64,000 nt of DNA from an uncultured Nitrososphaerota archaeon (GCA_963703285.1 OY969807.1:128001-192000), one strand, 5' to 3'; counted from the first letter of the stretch, positions 1 through 10,270 are shown. Notes: generated by a model not told the origin, from the letters alone. Numbers and translations: made by a program.

Positions 1-612
1 TACTCTGCAAACACTTCGGTCTCATCCGCCTATCTGTGGATGGACGAGTTCAACGCTAACAACGGGCAAGTCGTCTTCACCAGCAACGCGACAGCTGTCA
101 CCACCTTCACCGCGAACCCCACGCAGCTCCAGCTGTTCTCGTACGAGAGCATCACCGAGTACAGCGATGCGTTCGAGTTCGTCACCGGCCCTCTCTCGGG
201 TTCGACTACGACCTCATCCTCGTCAACGACCTCGAGCTCCGTGACAACGTCCATCGAGACTGTGACGGTAGGCCCGACCCAGACTGTCACGACCACCGTT
301 CCAGTGACGGTCACCCAGACGGCAACGGCGACCGCGACGACCACAGTCACGCAGCCAGTGACTGCGACCGTGACCGTCATGCCCCCGACCGTCACTGTGA
401 CCACGACCTCCGTCCCTGCGCCGAGCGTCTCCACCACCACGCAGACCGCGACCCAGACAGTAACAGCGCCTGCTTCGACCGTCGTCCCGACTTGGGCCTA
501 CGCGCTAATGGGGGTCCTCCTGTTGGCCGGGATAACGGCGGGCTACCTGATCAGGAGGCCTGCGTCGAGCCCGCGCGAGGTCCAGCCGCCAGACAGCCCG
601 AGCGGCCTCTGA
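1..612 (+). CDS. C-terminal part of a cell-surface protein with Thr/Val-rich stalk and C-terminal membrane anchor (5' end outside window)
   Basis: Frame open from position 1; TVT-rich low-complexity stalk, then hydrophobic WAYALMGVLLLAGITAGYL and basic IRR. Confidence 0.75.
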   Translation, partial: YSANTSVSSAYLWMDEFNANNGQVVFTSNATAVTTFTANPTQLQLFSYESITEYSDAFEFVTGPLSGSTTTSSSSTTSSSVTTSIETVTVGPTQTVTTTVPVTVTQTATATATTTVTQPVTATVTVMPPTVTVTTTSVPAPSVSTTTQTATQTVTAPASTVVPTWAYALMGVLLLAGITAGYLIRRPASSPREVQPPDSPSGL

Positions 613-624
613 TTCGGCTGGAGG

Positions 625-1488
625 TCAGCCTTTGGGAGGTTGCTCCGAGCCGGCGGAGCTCGAGTACGCCTCGCCTATCCTCTTCTCCAGCCTCGCCCCG
701 AACGACCGGACCCGCGCCGCGACGGTCGGGGTCAGGTCGAGAGACAGCGGTGATATGGAGATCGCGTTCTCCTTGTGCACGGCATAGACGTCGGAGTTCT
801 TCTTGAAAGTCGGAAGCCTTGAGCCCCAGACCCAGTAGTAGGGCCTTCCCCTTGGGTCCTTCCTCTGCAGTACGTAGTCCCTGTACTTCCTCACTTCGAT
901 CGACGTCAGCTTCACCTTGGTCCCCACGACCGTCTTCCATGGAAAGTTCACGTTCAGTATGTTCACCCCTTGGGGCAGCCCGTTGGTGAGCACCTCCCGC
1001 GCTATCTCAGCCGCGACCTTCGCGGGCAGGTCGAACCGGCTGTCCTTCTGCCCGTGGCTGAACAGCCGGTTTCCCGGCACCTCCATGGAGAACGCGACGG
1101 CGGGGATTCCGAGGAGCGACGCTTCCATGGCGGCCGCCACCGTCCCCGACGCCAGTATGTCCTGAATCGTGAGGTTTTCCCCTATGTTTATGCCGGAGAC
1201 GACCATGTCGGGCCTCCGAGGCAGCATCTTGTTAACGCCAACCATCACGGAATCGGCGGGGCTGCCCGAGACAGCGTAGCAGGGCCTCCCGTGAACGAGC
1301 ACCTTCTCGACGCGCAGGGGCCTGTGGAACGTGAGGCTCATGCCGGCCGCGCTCTGCTGGCCCTCTGGGGCGATGACGGAGACGTGGGCGAACTGCGCGA
1401 TAGCGTCCGTGAGCGCAACTATCCCGGGGCTGAAGACTCCGTCGTCGTTGGTGACCATCACCAGGTGCGAGCTTCTCCTCGTGCTCAT
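625..1488 (-). CDS. surE: 5'/3'-nucleotidase SurE
   Basis: VTNDDG, SGSPADSV, VVSGINIGEN, SGTVAAA motifs. Confidence 0.95.
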   Translation of the reverse strand: MSTRRSSHLVMVTNDDGVFSPGIVALTDAIAQFAHVSVIAPEGQQSAAGMSLTFHRPLRVEKVLVHGRPCYAVSGSPADSVMVGVNKMLPRRPDMVVSGINIGENLTIQDILASGTVAAAMEASLLGIPAVAFSMEVPGNRLFSHGQKDSRFDLPAKVAAEIAREVLTNGLPQGVNILNVNFPWKTVVGTKVKLTSIEVRKYRDYVLQRKDPRGRPYYWVWGSRLPTFKKNSDVYAVHKENAISISPLSLDLTPTVAARVRSFGARLEKRIGEAYSSSAGSEQPPKG

Positions 1489-2087
1489 CCCTCCTTCAGC
1501 CGCATTGCCACCCCGTTAATAGCCTCGTCCGGGTTACGACAACCGTAGTGCTCCCTCAGAATCCTTCTCACCTTCTCGGGCCTGTCGTCTCCGAATGAAA
1601 GGTACGTTATCTGCTTCTCTTCAGTGGTGATGTCCAGCCCCTCGATAATCCGGGATATCCTCGACTCGTCCTCGGTGACCTCCTCTGTCGTCCTCCTCAT
1701 CCTCTCAGCGAGCTCTTCGGCCCTCCGTCTCATCAGGATTACGTCCTGGGCCAGCCTATCGAGCTCGGCGCTTGGGTCGTCGACTCTCGCTGGTTCTGTC
1801 GCAATCTCCCTCCCGAGGACCGCGACCGTCATGTCGCCCTCGGAGTAGTCTGCCACCCTCCGAGAGTCGATGTAGTAGAGCTTCCTCGACCTGAGGTACC
1901 TCCCTGAGGAGAGGTTCTTCGTCCTGAGTATGCCCAACCTCGAAAGTATCTTGAGGTGCTTGAGGACTCCCTGGACCGACATCCCGGTCGTCTCTGCAAG
2001 CTCCCCGAGGGTTCTCGGCCTCGACGAAAGCAGACTAGCTATGGTCAATCTCGCCCTCGAGCTGACAATCTCTTCTATCGCCGTCAT
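1485..2087 (-). CDS. Winged-helix (ArsR-like) regulator with coiled-coil C-terminus; probable heat-shock repressor (HSR1/Phr-like)
   Basis: N-terminal HTH (TLGELAETTGMSVQGVLKHL); divergent from hsp20-cdc48. Confidence 0.75.
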   Translation of the reverse strand: MTAIEEIVSSRARLTIASLLSSRPRTLGELAETTGMSVQGVLKHLKILSRLGILRTKNLSSGRYLRSRKLYYIDSRRVADYSEGDMTVAVLGREIATEPARVDDPSAELDRLAQDVILMRRRAEELAERMRRTTEEVTEDESRISRIIEGLDITTEEKQITYLSFGDDRPEKVRRILREHYGCRNPDEAINGVAMRLKEG

Positions 2088-2112
2088 TGTGCTTGGTGCT
2101 GCGGCAGAAATA

Positions 2113-2153
2113 TTTAAAAGGATTTAACCATAGGCTAATTAACCAGTGGTTAA
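2113..2153 (+). promoter_or_regulatory. TATA box (TTTAAAA) followed by two tandem TTAAC-N5-G(T/C)TAA operator palindromes
   Basis: TTAAC catag GCTAA at 2124-2138 and TTAAC cagtg GTTAA at 2139-2153; resembles the Archaeoglobus HSR1 site CTAAC-N5-GTTAG. Confidence 0.7.
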
Positions 2154-2154
2154 T

Positions 2155-2664
2155 TTGTCAGAGGAGAAGAGAACCAACCTTCGGGACATGTTGGACGAGA
2201 TAGACCATTACTTTGAAGAGTTCGAGAGGTCCGTTGAAGACGCGGTGAAATCGAGCGTCAACATGGGCCAGAAGGCCTTCTCGAAGCCGGTCGTGACTGG
2301 GATGGCGATGGGCTTCGGGCCCGAGGGTAAGCCCAGGATTCAGTTCTTCGGTGACAACCTCGTGGGCCCCGACGGCTACAGGGCGCCGATATACGAGCAG
2401 GTCCTCGACCAGGCGGAGGGAAATCTGCGACTGCTTGTGGAACTGCCGGGTGTCGAGAAGGAGGACGTCCAGCTCTCCGCAATCGAGGACAAGGTGACGG
2501 TCGAGGCGGCCAGGGGAGACCGGAAGTACAGGACCGAGGTGGCGCTGCAGCGGGACATCGATCCCGAGTCGGGCACTGCGTCCTACAAGAACGGTCTGCT
2601 CGAAGTGGCCTTCAAATTGAGGGACAACACTAATAAGGGATACAGGAGAGTCAACGTTGTCTGA
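2155..2664 (+). CDS. hsp20: Small heat shock protein Hsp20
   Basis: [10 protein letters not shown] and [10 protein letters not shown] alpha-crystallin motifs; TTG start at 2155 preferred. Confidence 0.92.
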   Translation: MSEEKRTNLRDMLDEIDHYFEEFERSVEDAVKSSVNMGQKAFSKPVVTGMAMGFGPEGKPRIQFFGDNLVGPDGYRAPIYEQVLDQAEGNLRLLVELPGVEKEDVQLSAIEDKVTVEAARGDRKYRTEVALQRDIDPESGTASYKNGLLEVAFKLRDNTNKGYRRVNVV

Positions 2665-4847
2665 AAGTGACAAAGGCGTGAGCCAACAACAGGTCCAGCT
2701 AAAGGTACTCGAGGCCTACACCCGAGACGTGGGACGGGGCGTGGCTAGGATCGATTACGATGCGATGGACGCCCTCGACGCTTCCACCGGTGACGTCATA
2801 GAGATTCGCGGCAAGAGGAGGACCGTCGCCAAGTGCCTTCCCCTCTACCCCTCCGACGAGGGCCGGGGCATAGTCCGCATAGACGGGCTCATCAGGAACA
2901 ACGCCGGGGTCGCGATTGGCGACATGGTAACCGTGAAGAAGGTGAAGGCTCCGCCCGCCGAGAAGGTGGTCGTGGCGCCCCTGGAGGCGGTCCCGCCAAT
3001 CGATGAGAGGTACCTCGCAGACGCTCTGGAGAGCGTGCCGGTCACCAAGGGCGACAACGTCATGATTCCATACTTCGGCGGCAGGCTGACGTTCCAGGTC
3101 GTAGGACTGAGCCCGGCGGCAGAGGCAGCGCTCATCACGCAGAGGACCGTCTTCGTGATATCGGAGAAGGGTGAGGCTCTGAGGGGAGTTCCCCAGGTCA
3201 CCTACGAGGACATCGGCGGCCTGAAGGACGAGATACAGAAGGTCAGGGAGATGATCGAACTCCCCCTGAGGCACCCGGAGATCTTCGAGAAGCTCGGTGT
3301 CGAGGCGCCCAAGGGAGTCCTTCTGTACGGGCCCCCGGGAACGGGGAAGACCCTCCTGGCCAAGGCCGTCGCGACAGAGTCAAACGCGCACTTCATCCCG
3401 ATCTCGGGACCCGAGATCATGAGCAAGTTCTACGGAGAGTCGGAGGCGAGGCTCAGGGAGATCTTCAAGGAGGCGAAGGAGAAGGCCCCCACCATCATAT
3501 TCATCGACGAGATCGACTCGATAGCGCCCAAGAGGGAAGAGGTGACCGGAGAGGTCGAGCGAAGGGTCGTGAGCCAGCTCCTGTCCCTGATGGACGGGCT
3601 GGAGGCTAGAGGGAAGGTAATCGTCATCGCGGCCACGAACCGGCCCAACGCCATCGACCCGGCCCTCAGGAGGCCCGGAAGGTTCGACAGGGAGATAGAG
3701 ATCAAGGTGCCAGACAAGAAGGGCCGCTACGAGATACTCCAGATACACACCCGCCACATGCCCCTTACCCAGGACGTGGACCTGGAGAGGCTCGCGGCCG
3801 TCACCCACGGCTTCGTCGGAGCTGATGCGGAGTACCTGTGCAAGGAGGCCGCCATGAAGACGCTGAGGAGGATGCTCCCCGTGCTCAAGCTCGGAGAAGA
3901 GAGGCTGAGCCCGGAGGTCCTTGACAAGCTCATCGTCACAATGAACGACTTCGAGGAGGCGCTGAAGGACGTCATGCCCTCCGCCATGCGCGAGGTCTAT
4001 CTGGAGACGCCGGACGTCAAGTGGTCCGAGATAGGAGGACTGGAAGACGTGAAGAAGGAGCTCCAGGAGGCCGTGGAGTGGCCGCTGAAGTTCCAGGACC
4101 TCTACAAGGTCATCGGGTACAACATGCCCAAGGGAGTCCTGCTGCACGGTCCGTCCGGTACGGGCAAGACGATGCTCGCCAAGGCGGTCGCGACCGAGAG
4201 CGAGGCGAACTTCATCAGCATACGCGGCCCCGAACTACTCAGCAAGTGGGTCGGCGAGTCCGAGCGCGGAGTCCGTGAGGTCTTCCGCAGGGCGCGCCAG
4301 GCGTCTCCTTGCGTCATCTTCTTTGACGAGATCGACGCGCTCAGCGCCGACCAGGGGGCTGGGCGGCGACAGCATGGTCACCGAGAGGGTCGTGAGCCAG
4401 CTCCTGACCGAGCTCGACGGCATCCAAGCTCTCAACGGCGTCGTCGTGCTGGCTGCCACAAACAGGATAGACATGGTGGACCCCGCGCTCGTGCGGCCGG
4501 GAAGGTTCGACAAGATCATCTCGATCCCGCTACCCAACAAGGAGGCGAGGCTCCAGATACTCAGCCTGGCCCTTGAAGGCAAGCAGAAGGACAGGGACGT
4601 CGACGCCGACACGCTCGTCGAGATGACCGAGGGCTTCAGCGGAGCCGACCTGGCATCCCTGGTCAACACGGCCGTCTCGATGGTCCTGCAGGAGTACGTC
4701 GCGAAGTATCCGAAGATAGAGGACGCCAAGGCGCACATCAAGGAGGCAATCGTCACGATGGACCACTTCAAGGCGTCCGCGAAGAAGGTCCGCATGTCCA
4801 GAGAGTCAAAGCCGATGGAGAAGGTCGCGGTGCCCTACTACCGCTGA
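2657..4847 (+). CDS. cdc48: Cdc48/VCP AAA+ ATPase, split by a +1 frameshift at ~4343
   Basis: Two AAA modules ([20 protein letters not shown]); ORFs 2657-4576 and 4275-4847 join as [16 protein letters not shown] if one base is removed. Confidence 0.93.
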
Positions 4848-4896
4848 AGAGGGCGCCCGAACCCCTTTAATCGGCCGCGAAGCCACCCGATTACGC

Positions 4897-6552
4897 TTGT
4901 CTCAGCAGTTCAAGGTAATCGGCAGAGGCACGTGGCTCGACCGCGTAGCCAACGAGACCATAGAGCGAGACAAGCGTCTGGGCAGGGACCTTTCGCTCAT
5001 CAGGGTGGAGAGCGGCCTTGGCGCGTCCGGTCTCCCGCACATAGGGAGCGTCGGCGACGCGATAAGGTCCTATGGAGTGAAGATGGCCCTCGAGGGCCTA
5101 GGCTACAGGTCCGAGCTCATCGCCTTCTCTGACGACCTCGACGGTTTCCGCAAGGTCCCGGCGGGGTTCCCGGAATGGCTCAACGACTACATCGCCCATC
5201 CAGTGACCAGGGTTCCCGACCCCTTCGGGTGCCACAAGTCGTTCGGAGAACACGTGGGTTCCCTGCTCAAAGCCTCACTCGACGAGCTGGGGATCAGCTA
5301 CACCTTCATGAGCGGTGCGGAGGCCTACAAGAGCGGGCTTCTCAACGACCAGATCAGGACGATACTGGAGAACGCTGAGGTCATCGGGGAGAAGATCAAG
5401 GAGCTCACCGGCCAGGACAAGTATCAGTCAGTCTTCCCATACACGCCCATCTGCAAGAACTGCGGGAGGCTCTACACCACGAAGGTGACCAGCTACGACC
5501 CCGAGAGGGGGACCATCCACTACAGGTGCGAGAGCGCCAAGATCAGGGACAAGGTAGTCGTGGGATGCGGCTACGAGGGGGACAGAGCGATATCTGAGGG
5601 CGAGGGCAAGCTCGCATGGAAGAGCGAATTCGCGGCCCGATGGGTCGCGCTCGACATAAGGTTCGAGGCCTACGGGAAAGACATAGCAGACTCGGTCAAG
5701 GTGAACGACTGGATCTGCGAGAACATCCTCAAGCACCCCCCGCCCTACCACGTAGCCTACGAGCTCTTCCAGGACAAGTCCGGGCGGAAGATTGCCAAGT
5801 CGGTGGGCAACGTGCTGACGCCACAGGACTGGCTCCAATACGCCTCCGCCGCCAGCCTGAGGCTCCTCATGTTCAAACGGATAGTCGGCGCCAGGAACAT
5901 CTCGATAGCGGACATACCGACCTACATGGACGAGTTCGACGACCTCGAGGCGTTCTACTTCGCAAATAAGAGGGACCCCAACGCGATGAAGGACGCAAAG
6001 CAGCGCGGGCTATACGAGTACACCGTCCTCACGAAGGTACCCGAGAGGCCCGACGTCCACGTGCCATACAGACAGGTGGCTGAGCTCGCTGCCGTGGCAC
6101 CCGACACGGCGGTCGTTGAGTTCGTGGCAAAGCGCCTGATAGCGAACGGTGCTGTGAAGGAGCGGTCGCCTGGACTCGCGACCAGGATAGGGTGGGCTGC
6201 GAGGTGGGCGAGGGCCATGCAGCTCGCGACGATAGGACCCCAGGTCGATTCTGCCGAGGCTTCCCCCTTCAAGCGCACGTCGGCGGCTGGAGGGCTGCAG
6301 ATTGACCCTCAGACGCAGGCTGCACTCAAGAGCTTCGCCGACGCCCTTGACAGCTGCACTACCCCAGACGAAGTGCAAGCCGCGGCCTTCGAGGCTGTGA
6401 GGAAGGCCGACGGAACCACCGCCAATTTCTTCTCTGCGGTTTATCGCATCCTGATCGGCTCAGAGAAGGGTCCCAGGCTGGGCCCCTACGTCGTCGACGC
6501 GGGTGTCAAGGCCGTCCAGGAAAGGATCAAGGCCGCGCTGGGATCCGCCTAA
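4897..6552 (+). CDS. lysS: Class I lysyl-tRNA synthetase
   Basis: SGLPHIGS, FEAYGKD, KIAKSVGN, GPRLG motifs. Confidence 0.95.
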   Translation: MSQQFKVIGRGTWLDRVANETIERDKRLGRDLSLIRVESGLGASGLPHIGSVGDAIRSYGVKMALEGLGYRSELIAFSDDLDGFRKVPAGFPEWLNDYIAHPVTRVPDPFGCHKSFGEHVGSLLKASLDELGISYTFMSGAEAYKSGLLNDQIRTILENAEVIGEKIKELTGQDKYQSVFPYTPICKNCGRLYTTKVTSYDPERGTIHYRCESAKIRDKVVVGCGYEGDRAISEGEGKLAWKSEFAARWVALDIRFEAYGKDIADSVKVNDWICENILKHPPPYHVAYELFQDKSGRKIAKSVGNVLTPQDWLQYASAASLRLLMFKRIVGARNISIADIPTYMDEFDDLEAFYFANKRDPNAMKDAKQRGLYEYTVLTKVPERPDVHVPYRQVAELAAVAPDTAVVEFVAKRLIANGAVKERSPGLATRIGWAARWARAMQLATIGPQVDSAEASPFKRTSAAGGLQIDPQTQAALKSFADALDSCTTPDEVQAAAFEAVRKADGTTANFFSAVYRILIGSEKGPRLGPYVVDAGVKAVQERIKAALGSA

Positions 6553-6586
6553 GGGTTAATAGCCGAAGGGTCTTGGCGCGGTGCGA

Positions 6587-6677
6587 GGGCCCGTAGCCTA
6601 GTACGGATCAGGGCATCAGCCTGCGACTTCAAGAGGTAGAAAGCTGAGGGTCGAGGGTTCAAATCCCTCCGGGCCCG
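6587..6677 (+). tRNA. tRNA-Arg(GCG) with 15-nt canonical intron (6627-6641)
   Basis: Acceptor GGGCCCG/CGGGCCC, anticodon stem TCAGC/GCTGA, loop CT-GCG-A, BHB helix CTGC/GTAG, T-loop TTCAAAT. Confidence 0.93.
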
Positions 6678-6714
6678 CTCATTCATCAACCTAGTCTGGT
6701 CAGACCCCGTGTCT

Positions 6715-7068
6715 TCATCCGAACAGGTAATCTTGGGAAGCTGAATCTACTTCCCGCTTGCTCTCGAGGGGGGAGCCACTCCCAACGTTGAACACGTTCG
6801 CTCCCGCCTGTCCACCATGGAGCCCTATGACATCCTCGATTCTCTCCCAGACGCCTTCCTTCCTCCACTCCTTCAACCTCCTGTTTGCGGTAGAATCGTC
6901 TCCGTACTCCTTGGGGAGGTAGTTCCAGGGTATCCTGGCCTCCAGCACAAACAGAATGGCGTTGATCGTACGCCTGTCGTCAGCTCTTGGTCTGCCATCC
7001 TTGGAGGTGCCGGGAAGGAGGTTCCTGACCTTCTTCCACTGGTCGTCGGTTAGGTCCGAGAAGGCCAT
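6715..7068 (-). CDS. Stand-alone IS5-family transposase N-terminal (DUF4096-like) domain with no DDE part
   Basis: LTDDQW..LLP..GRPR.DDRRTINAILFVL..W..LP.EYG..ST..RRLKEW..GVW signature; no orfB before the tRNA. Confidence 0.8.
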   Translation of the reverse strand: MAFSDLTDDQWKKVRNLLPGTSKDGRPRADDRRTINAILFVLEARIPWNYLPKEYGDDSTANRRLKEWRKEGVWERIEDVIGLHGGQAGANVFNVGSGSPLESKREVDSASQDYLFG

Positions 7069-7311
7069 GAACAGCAGATGAGGTGGCTCGTCTCAAAGAT
7101 GAGAAAGTGAAAAGAAATTGATAAGATGATGGAGTTTTGAGATAAAATTCAATTTCTTTATATGTCCTCCCGAATCTGCCTTTTCCGGTTGTCGGTCTTT
7201 GAGAAACACCACTGCGGGTGACCCGGGGAAGGGGAGGACCAACAAAGCGGCGAACCTATTCGGGTGTTTTCTTATAACTCAGAAAAAACCAAATCCATAG
7301 GCGAAGAAATT

Positions 7312-7827
7312 ATGGGAAAGATGATAAAATTACCCCTAATGAATAGGAGCATAAGGCTGGTCTATTTGATTCTATTCTCGCTGATACTCGTCGGGTCCGT
7401 GGGCGCCTACGCCGCCTCCGTGACTATTAACACGACCAACAACGCTGGCTATCAGGGCAACTACGTCGTCGACAACGGGTACTTCCTCGCGTCGGCGGTA
7501 ACCTATGACGTGGTTCAGGGAGCTCAGAGCGCCTCGACGGCGCCGTTGAGCTGGACCGCAAGCGGCCAGACTGCCTACGTGAACGCCCTCGTGGCTGGCG
7601 ACTGGGAGATTCAATGGACGATGACGCTCCAGACCGGGGCAACGGCCTCCCACACTTACACGATAACCTTCGCGACGACCGCTGCGACTGGGGTGGCCAG
7701 CACCCTGTACACCTTCGAGTTCACGACTCCCGCGACGATCACCAACGGCTGGACCATGACGATACTCTACGATACGGGCCAGGTCACTTGGACGGCTCCT
7801 TCTGCGACCCAGGTCTCAATCGTATAG
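7312..7827 (+). CDS. Secreted beta-rich protein, putative fibre/pilin subunit 1
   Basis: Class I signal peptide ending VGAYA|ASVTIN; paralogue of next gene; in operon with a signal peptidase. Confidence 0.7.
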   Translation: MGKMIKLPLMNRSIRLVYLILFSLILVGSVGAYAASVTINTTNNAGYQGNYVVDNGYFLASAVTYDVVQGAQSASTAPLSWTASGQTAYVNALVAGDWEIQWTMTLQTGATASHTYTITFATTAATGVASTLYTFEFTTPATITNGWTMTILYDTGQVTWTAPSATQVSIV

Positions 7828-7846
7828 GGATGGATTGGTGGGAAGA

Positions 7847-8359
7847 ATGAGCGATCACTTCGTCAGGTTGCCGCTGGTCAACCGGAGCATAAGGCTGGTC
7901 TACCTGCTCCTCTTCTCGATAATACTCATCGGTTCCGTCGGCGCTTACGCCGCATCCGTCACAATAAACCCAAGCATCAACGCAGGGTACCAAGGTGAGT
8001 ACGTCGTCGATAACGGATACTACCTCGCCTCCGCCATAAGCTACAACGTCGTCGAGGCTGCGCAAGCAGCGTCGGCCTCCGGGTTGGCTTGGTCAAACGG
8101 TGGCACTATGTATGTGAATGCCCTCGTGGCTGGCGACTGGGAAGTAGCCTGGACGATAACCATCGAGGGCGGCTTAACCAGCCACGCGTACACAATCACT
8201 GTGACAAGCACCTCCGCTGCTGGCACGACGAGCACAGTGTACACTTTCATCTTCACGAGCCCGGCCACCATAACCACCGGGCAGACGATGACCGTCCTCT
8301 GGGACACGAGCGCGATTACGTGGACGGCCCCCGCGGCCATTCAAGTCACGGTCGCTTAG
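7847..8359 (+). CDS. Secreted beta-rich protein, putative fibre/pilin subunit 2
   Basis: Colinear paralogue of 7312-7827 (shared NRSIRLVYL, GSVGAYAASVTIN, YVVDNGY, YVNALVAGDWE, WTAP). Confidence 0.7.
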   Translation: MSDHFVRLPLVNRSIRLVYLLLFSIILIGSVGAYAASVTINPSINAGYQGEYVVDNGYYLASAISYNVVEAAQAASASGLAWSNGGTMYVNALVAGDWEVAWTITIEGGLTSHAYTITVTSTSAAGTTSTVYTFIFTSPATITTGQTMTVLWDTSAITWTAPAAIQVTVA

Positions 8360-8379
8360 CGGGTGGGCTGAAGAGGAAC

Positions 8380-10266
8380 TTGGGGCGACTGCGAGTCAGG
8401 CACCTGCTCCCTCTCGGGATTGTTGCGGCCCTCATAGTCACGCTGAGCGCCACCAACGTGACGATTCTGAAGACGAGCGCGGCCGATGACGGAGGCGTCT
8501 TCCTCAGGCCGTACTACGAAAACCTCAACGCACCCGTGACCGGCTGTGCATCACCGTGCCTGGCAGTGGACACTCAGGGCACCGAGCCAGCAGCGGCAGG
8601 CGGCACACTCTCCCTAGATAGCCACGGGATTGGCGGCAACAACCCATCTCCCTCCACCGTAAGCGTCTCGACTACTGACACCAACGACGTAATCGTGGTC
8701 ATGGTGATGTGCAACCCGGGGGTTACAGCCATGTCAATAAGCGGCGGCGGTTTGGTCTGGAACACCCGTCTCGGGGTGAAGACTATCGGTTCGAGAACTG
8801 GTGCAGAGTTTTGGGCATTCTCTGCTGCCGCGATCTCGACTCCTGTCACGGTCTCGATAACCTACACAAGCGGCAGCGCTTGCAATCCAGCATACTTGGC
8901 TATCAATGGAGCCAACACGAACAGCCCCTTCGATTCCAACGGCGCCCTGCCCGCGGTGGCCAACGCCAACACTCCAGCAACGTGTACGGTGAGCACCTCG
9001 AACGCGGACGATATGCTCTTCGGATACATGATGCAGGGAGGCGCTCCCACGTCATACGGAGTACCGACGGGGTGGATAGGACCCTTGAACACATTTCCTG
9101 ACGCCGCGCACTGGGATGCCTACGACATCGCCAGTTCGACGGTCTCGTCTCAATCCGAGACCTGGACCGCCCCAAACACCAGCTCTCCCAACATCTCCGG
9201 CTTCTGCGACGCAGTCCGGGGCGAGAACTCGTTCACGCTCGCCGCTGGGTCGAGCATGTACCTCTGGTCGCCGCAGTTCTCATCTGCGACCTCAATCCCA
9301 GCAGGAAGCCTCTCCTTGCAGGTCTTCGCCGACGCTCCTGCACCGGCTCTCGACGGCAGCGCGACGGGGACCTGGACGTCTGGCTCGACCTTCACCATCC
9401 CGTCCTTGACCACGACGAAGACAAACGACGTGGTTGTCCTCTCCATCGACACTTACTCCTCGGGCTCGTCGGTGACCGTCTCGTCGATCACCGACTCCCT
9501 GGGGAAGATAGCGTGGCAGGGGTCGGCCCGCAGCTCCTTCATCGCCTGCTCCGGGGTCAACGAGATAACCGTCGCCGAATGGTACGGGATTGCCGCAACC
9601 GCGGTCTCTTCGGATACGGTGTCTGTCCACCTCGCCTCAGCCCCCACCGGGGCATCGGGGATAGCGTTTGGTGTCTCAGGAGCCGACACGACCACGCCAT
9701 TCGACTCGTCTTCGGGCCTACCCAAGACGGCGACCGCGTGCTCAGGCACCGCGGCCGACCCGACTGTCTCCGCAGTGTCGACTTTGGCAGACAACGACTT
9801 CGTCTTCTCGCTCTTCGGAGGCTACACCTCGACGACGGAGACGGCCGGGAGCATTGGTGTGTGGGCGGCCTCCTCCGGGAGCCCTGTGACTGGGACGGGG
9901 TACTCCAACGCAGTGCAATACGCTAAGGTGCCCAACTCTCAGGCCTCGGACTCGTGCACTTTCGGGACGGCCACGACCTACTGGGGCGTCCTCTGCGACG
10001 CTCTCGTGCCGGCGAGGCAGTCGATAGGCGTCTCGTACTACACGACCAACTCGGCGGGCGCGGTCCAATCCACGATGGCTAGCGACTCGGCAGCAACCCT
10101 CACCTCGCTCTACCAGCCGGCATCGATCTCCTCCTCCGCGGGAGCCGTACCTGCGTCCGGATACGTCGAGGTCGTGATCACCGCACCATCGACGGCCGCG
10201 TTGACCATCATCTGGGGAGCCCCCAAGCCAACCCTGTTCGAGGTAAGCTACACCTACAGAGCGTGA
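8380..10266 (+). CDS. Large secreted Ser/Thr-rich protein with two repeated domains; putative minor pilin/adhesin
   Basis: TTG at 8380 after GAGGA; signal peptide; two homologous domains (TNDVIVV/TNDVVVL, GANTNSPFDS/GADTTTPFDS). Confidence 0.7.
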   Translation: MGRLRVRHLLPLGIVAALIVTLSATNVTILKTSAADDGGVFLRPYYENLNAPVTGCASPCLAVDTQGTEPAAAGGTLSLDSHGIGGNNPSPSTVSVSTTDTNDVIVVMVMCNPGVTAMSISGGGLVWNTRLGVKTIGSRTGAEFWAFSAAAISTPVTVSITYTSGSACNPAYLAINGANTNSPFDSNGALPAVANANTPATCTVSTSNADDMLFGYMMQGGAPTSYGVPTGWIGPLNTFPDAAHWDAYDIASSTVSSQSETWTAPNTSSPNISGFCDAVRGENSFTLAAGSSMYLWSPQFSSATSIPAGSLSLQVFADAPAPALDGSATGTWTSGSTFTIPSLTTTKTNDVVVLSIDTYSSGSSVTVSSITDSLGKIAWQGSARSSFIACSGVNEITVAEWYGIAATAVSSDTVSVHLASAPTGASGIAFGVSGADTTTPFDSSSGLPKTATACSGTAADPTVSAVSTLADNDFVFSLFGGYTSTTETAGSIGVWAASSGSPVTGTGYSNAVQYAKVPNSQASDSCTFGTATTYWGVLCDALVPARQSIGVSYYTTNSAGAVQSTMASDSAATLTSLYQPASISSSAGAVPASGYVEVVITAPSTAALTIIWGAPKPTLFEVSYTYRA

Positions 10267-10270
10267 GAAG

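Noticed and set aside
200-480. ACN/GTN-rich DNA repeat
   Set aside because: Explained by the Thr/Val-rich stalk of the surface protein.
4340-4346. Programmed frameshifting or real pseudogenisation in cdc48, tldD (~19721), tnpB (~25907) and cgi121 (~62417)
   Set aside because: Each is a single-base indel, mostly changing the length of a 1-2 nt run, in an otherwise intact gene with no slippery heptamer. Sequencing or assembly error is the simplest explanation; reads are needed to confirm.
8089-8379. N-terminal 97 aa of the 725-aa track ORF
   Set aside because: It overlaps the second pilin gene in another frame; the signal peptide and RBS place the start at 8380.
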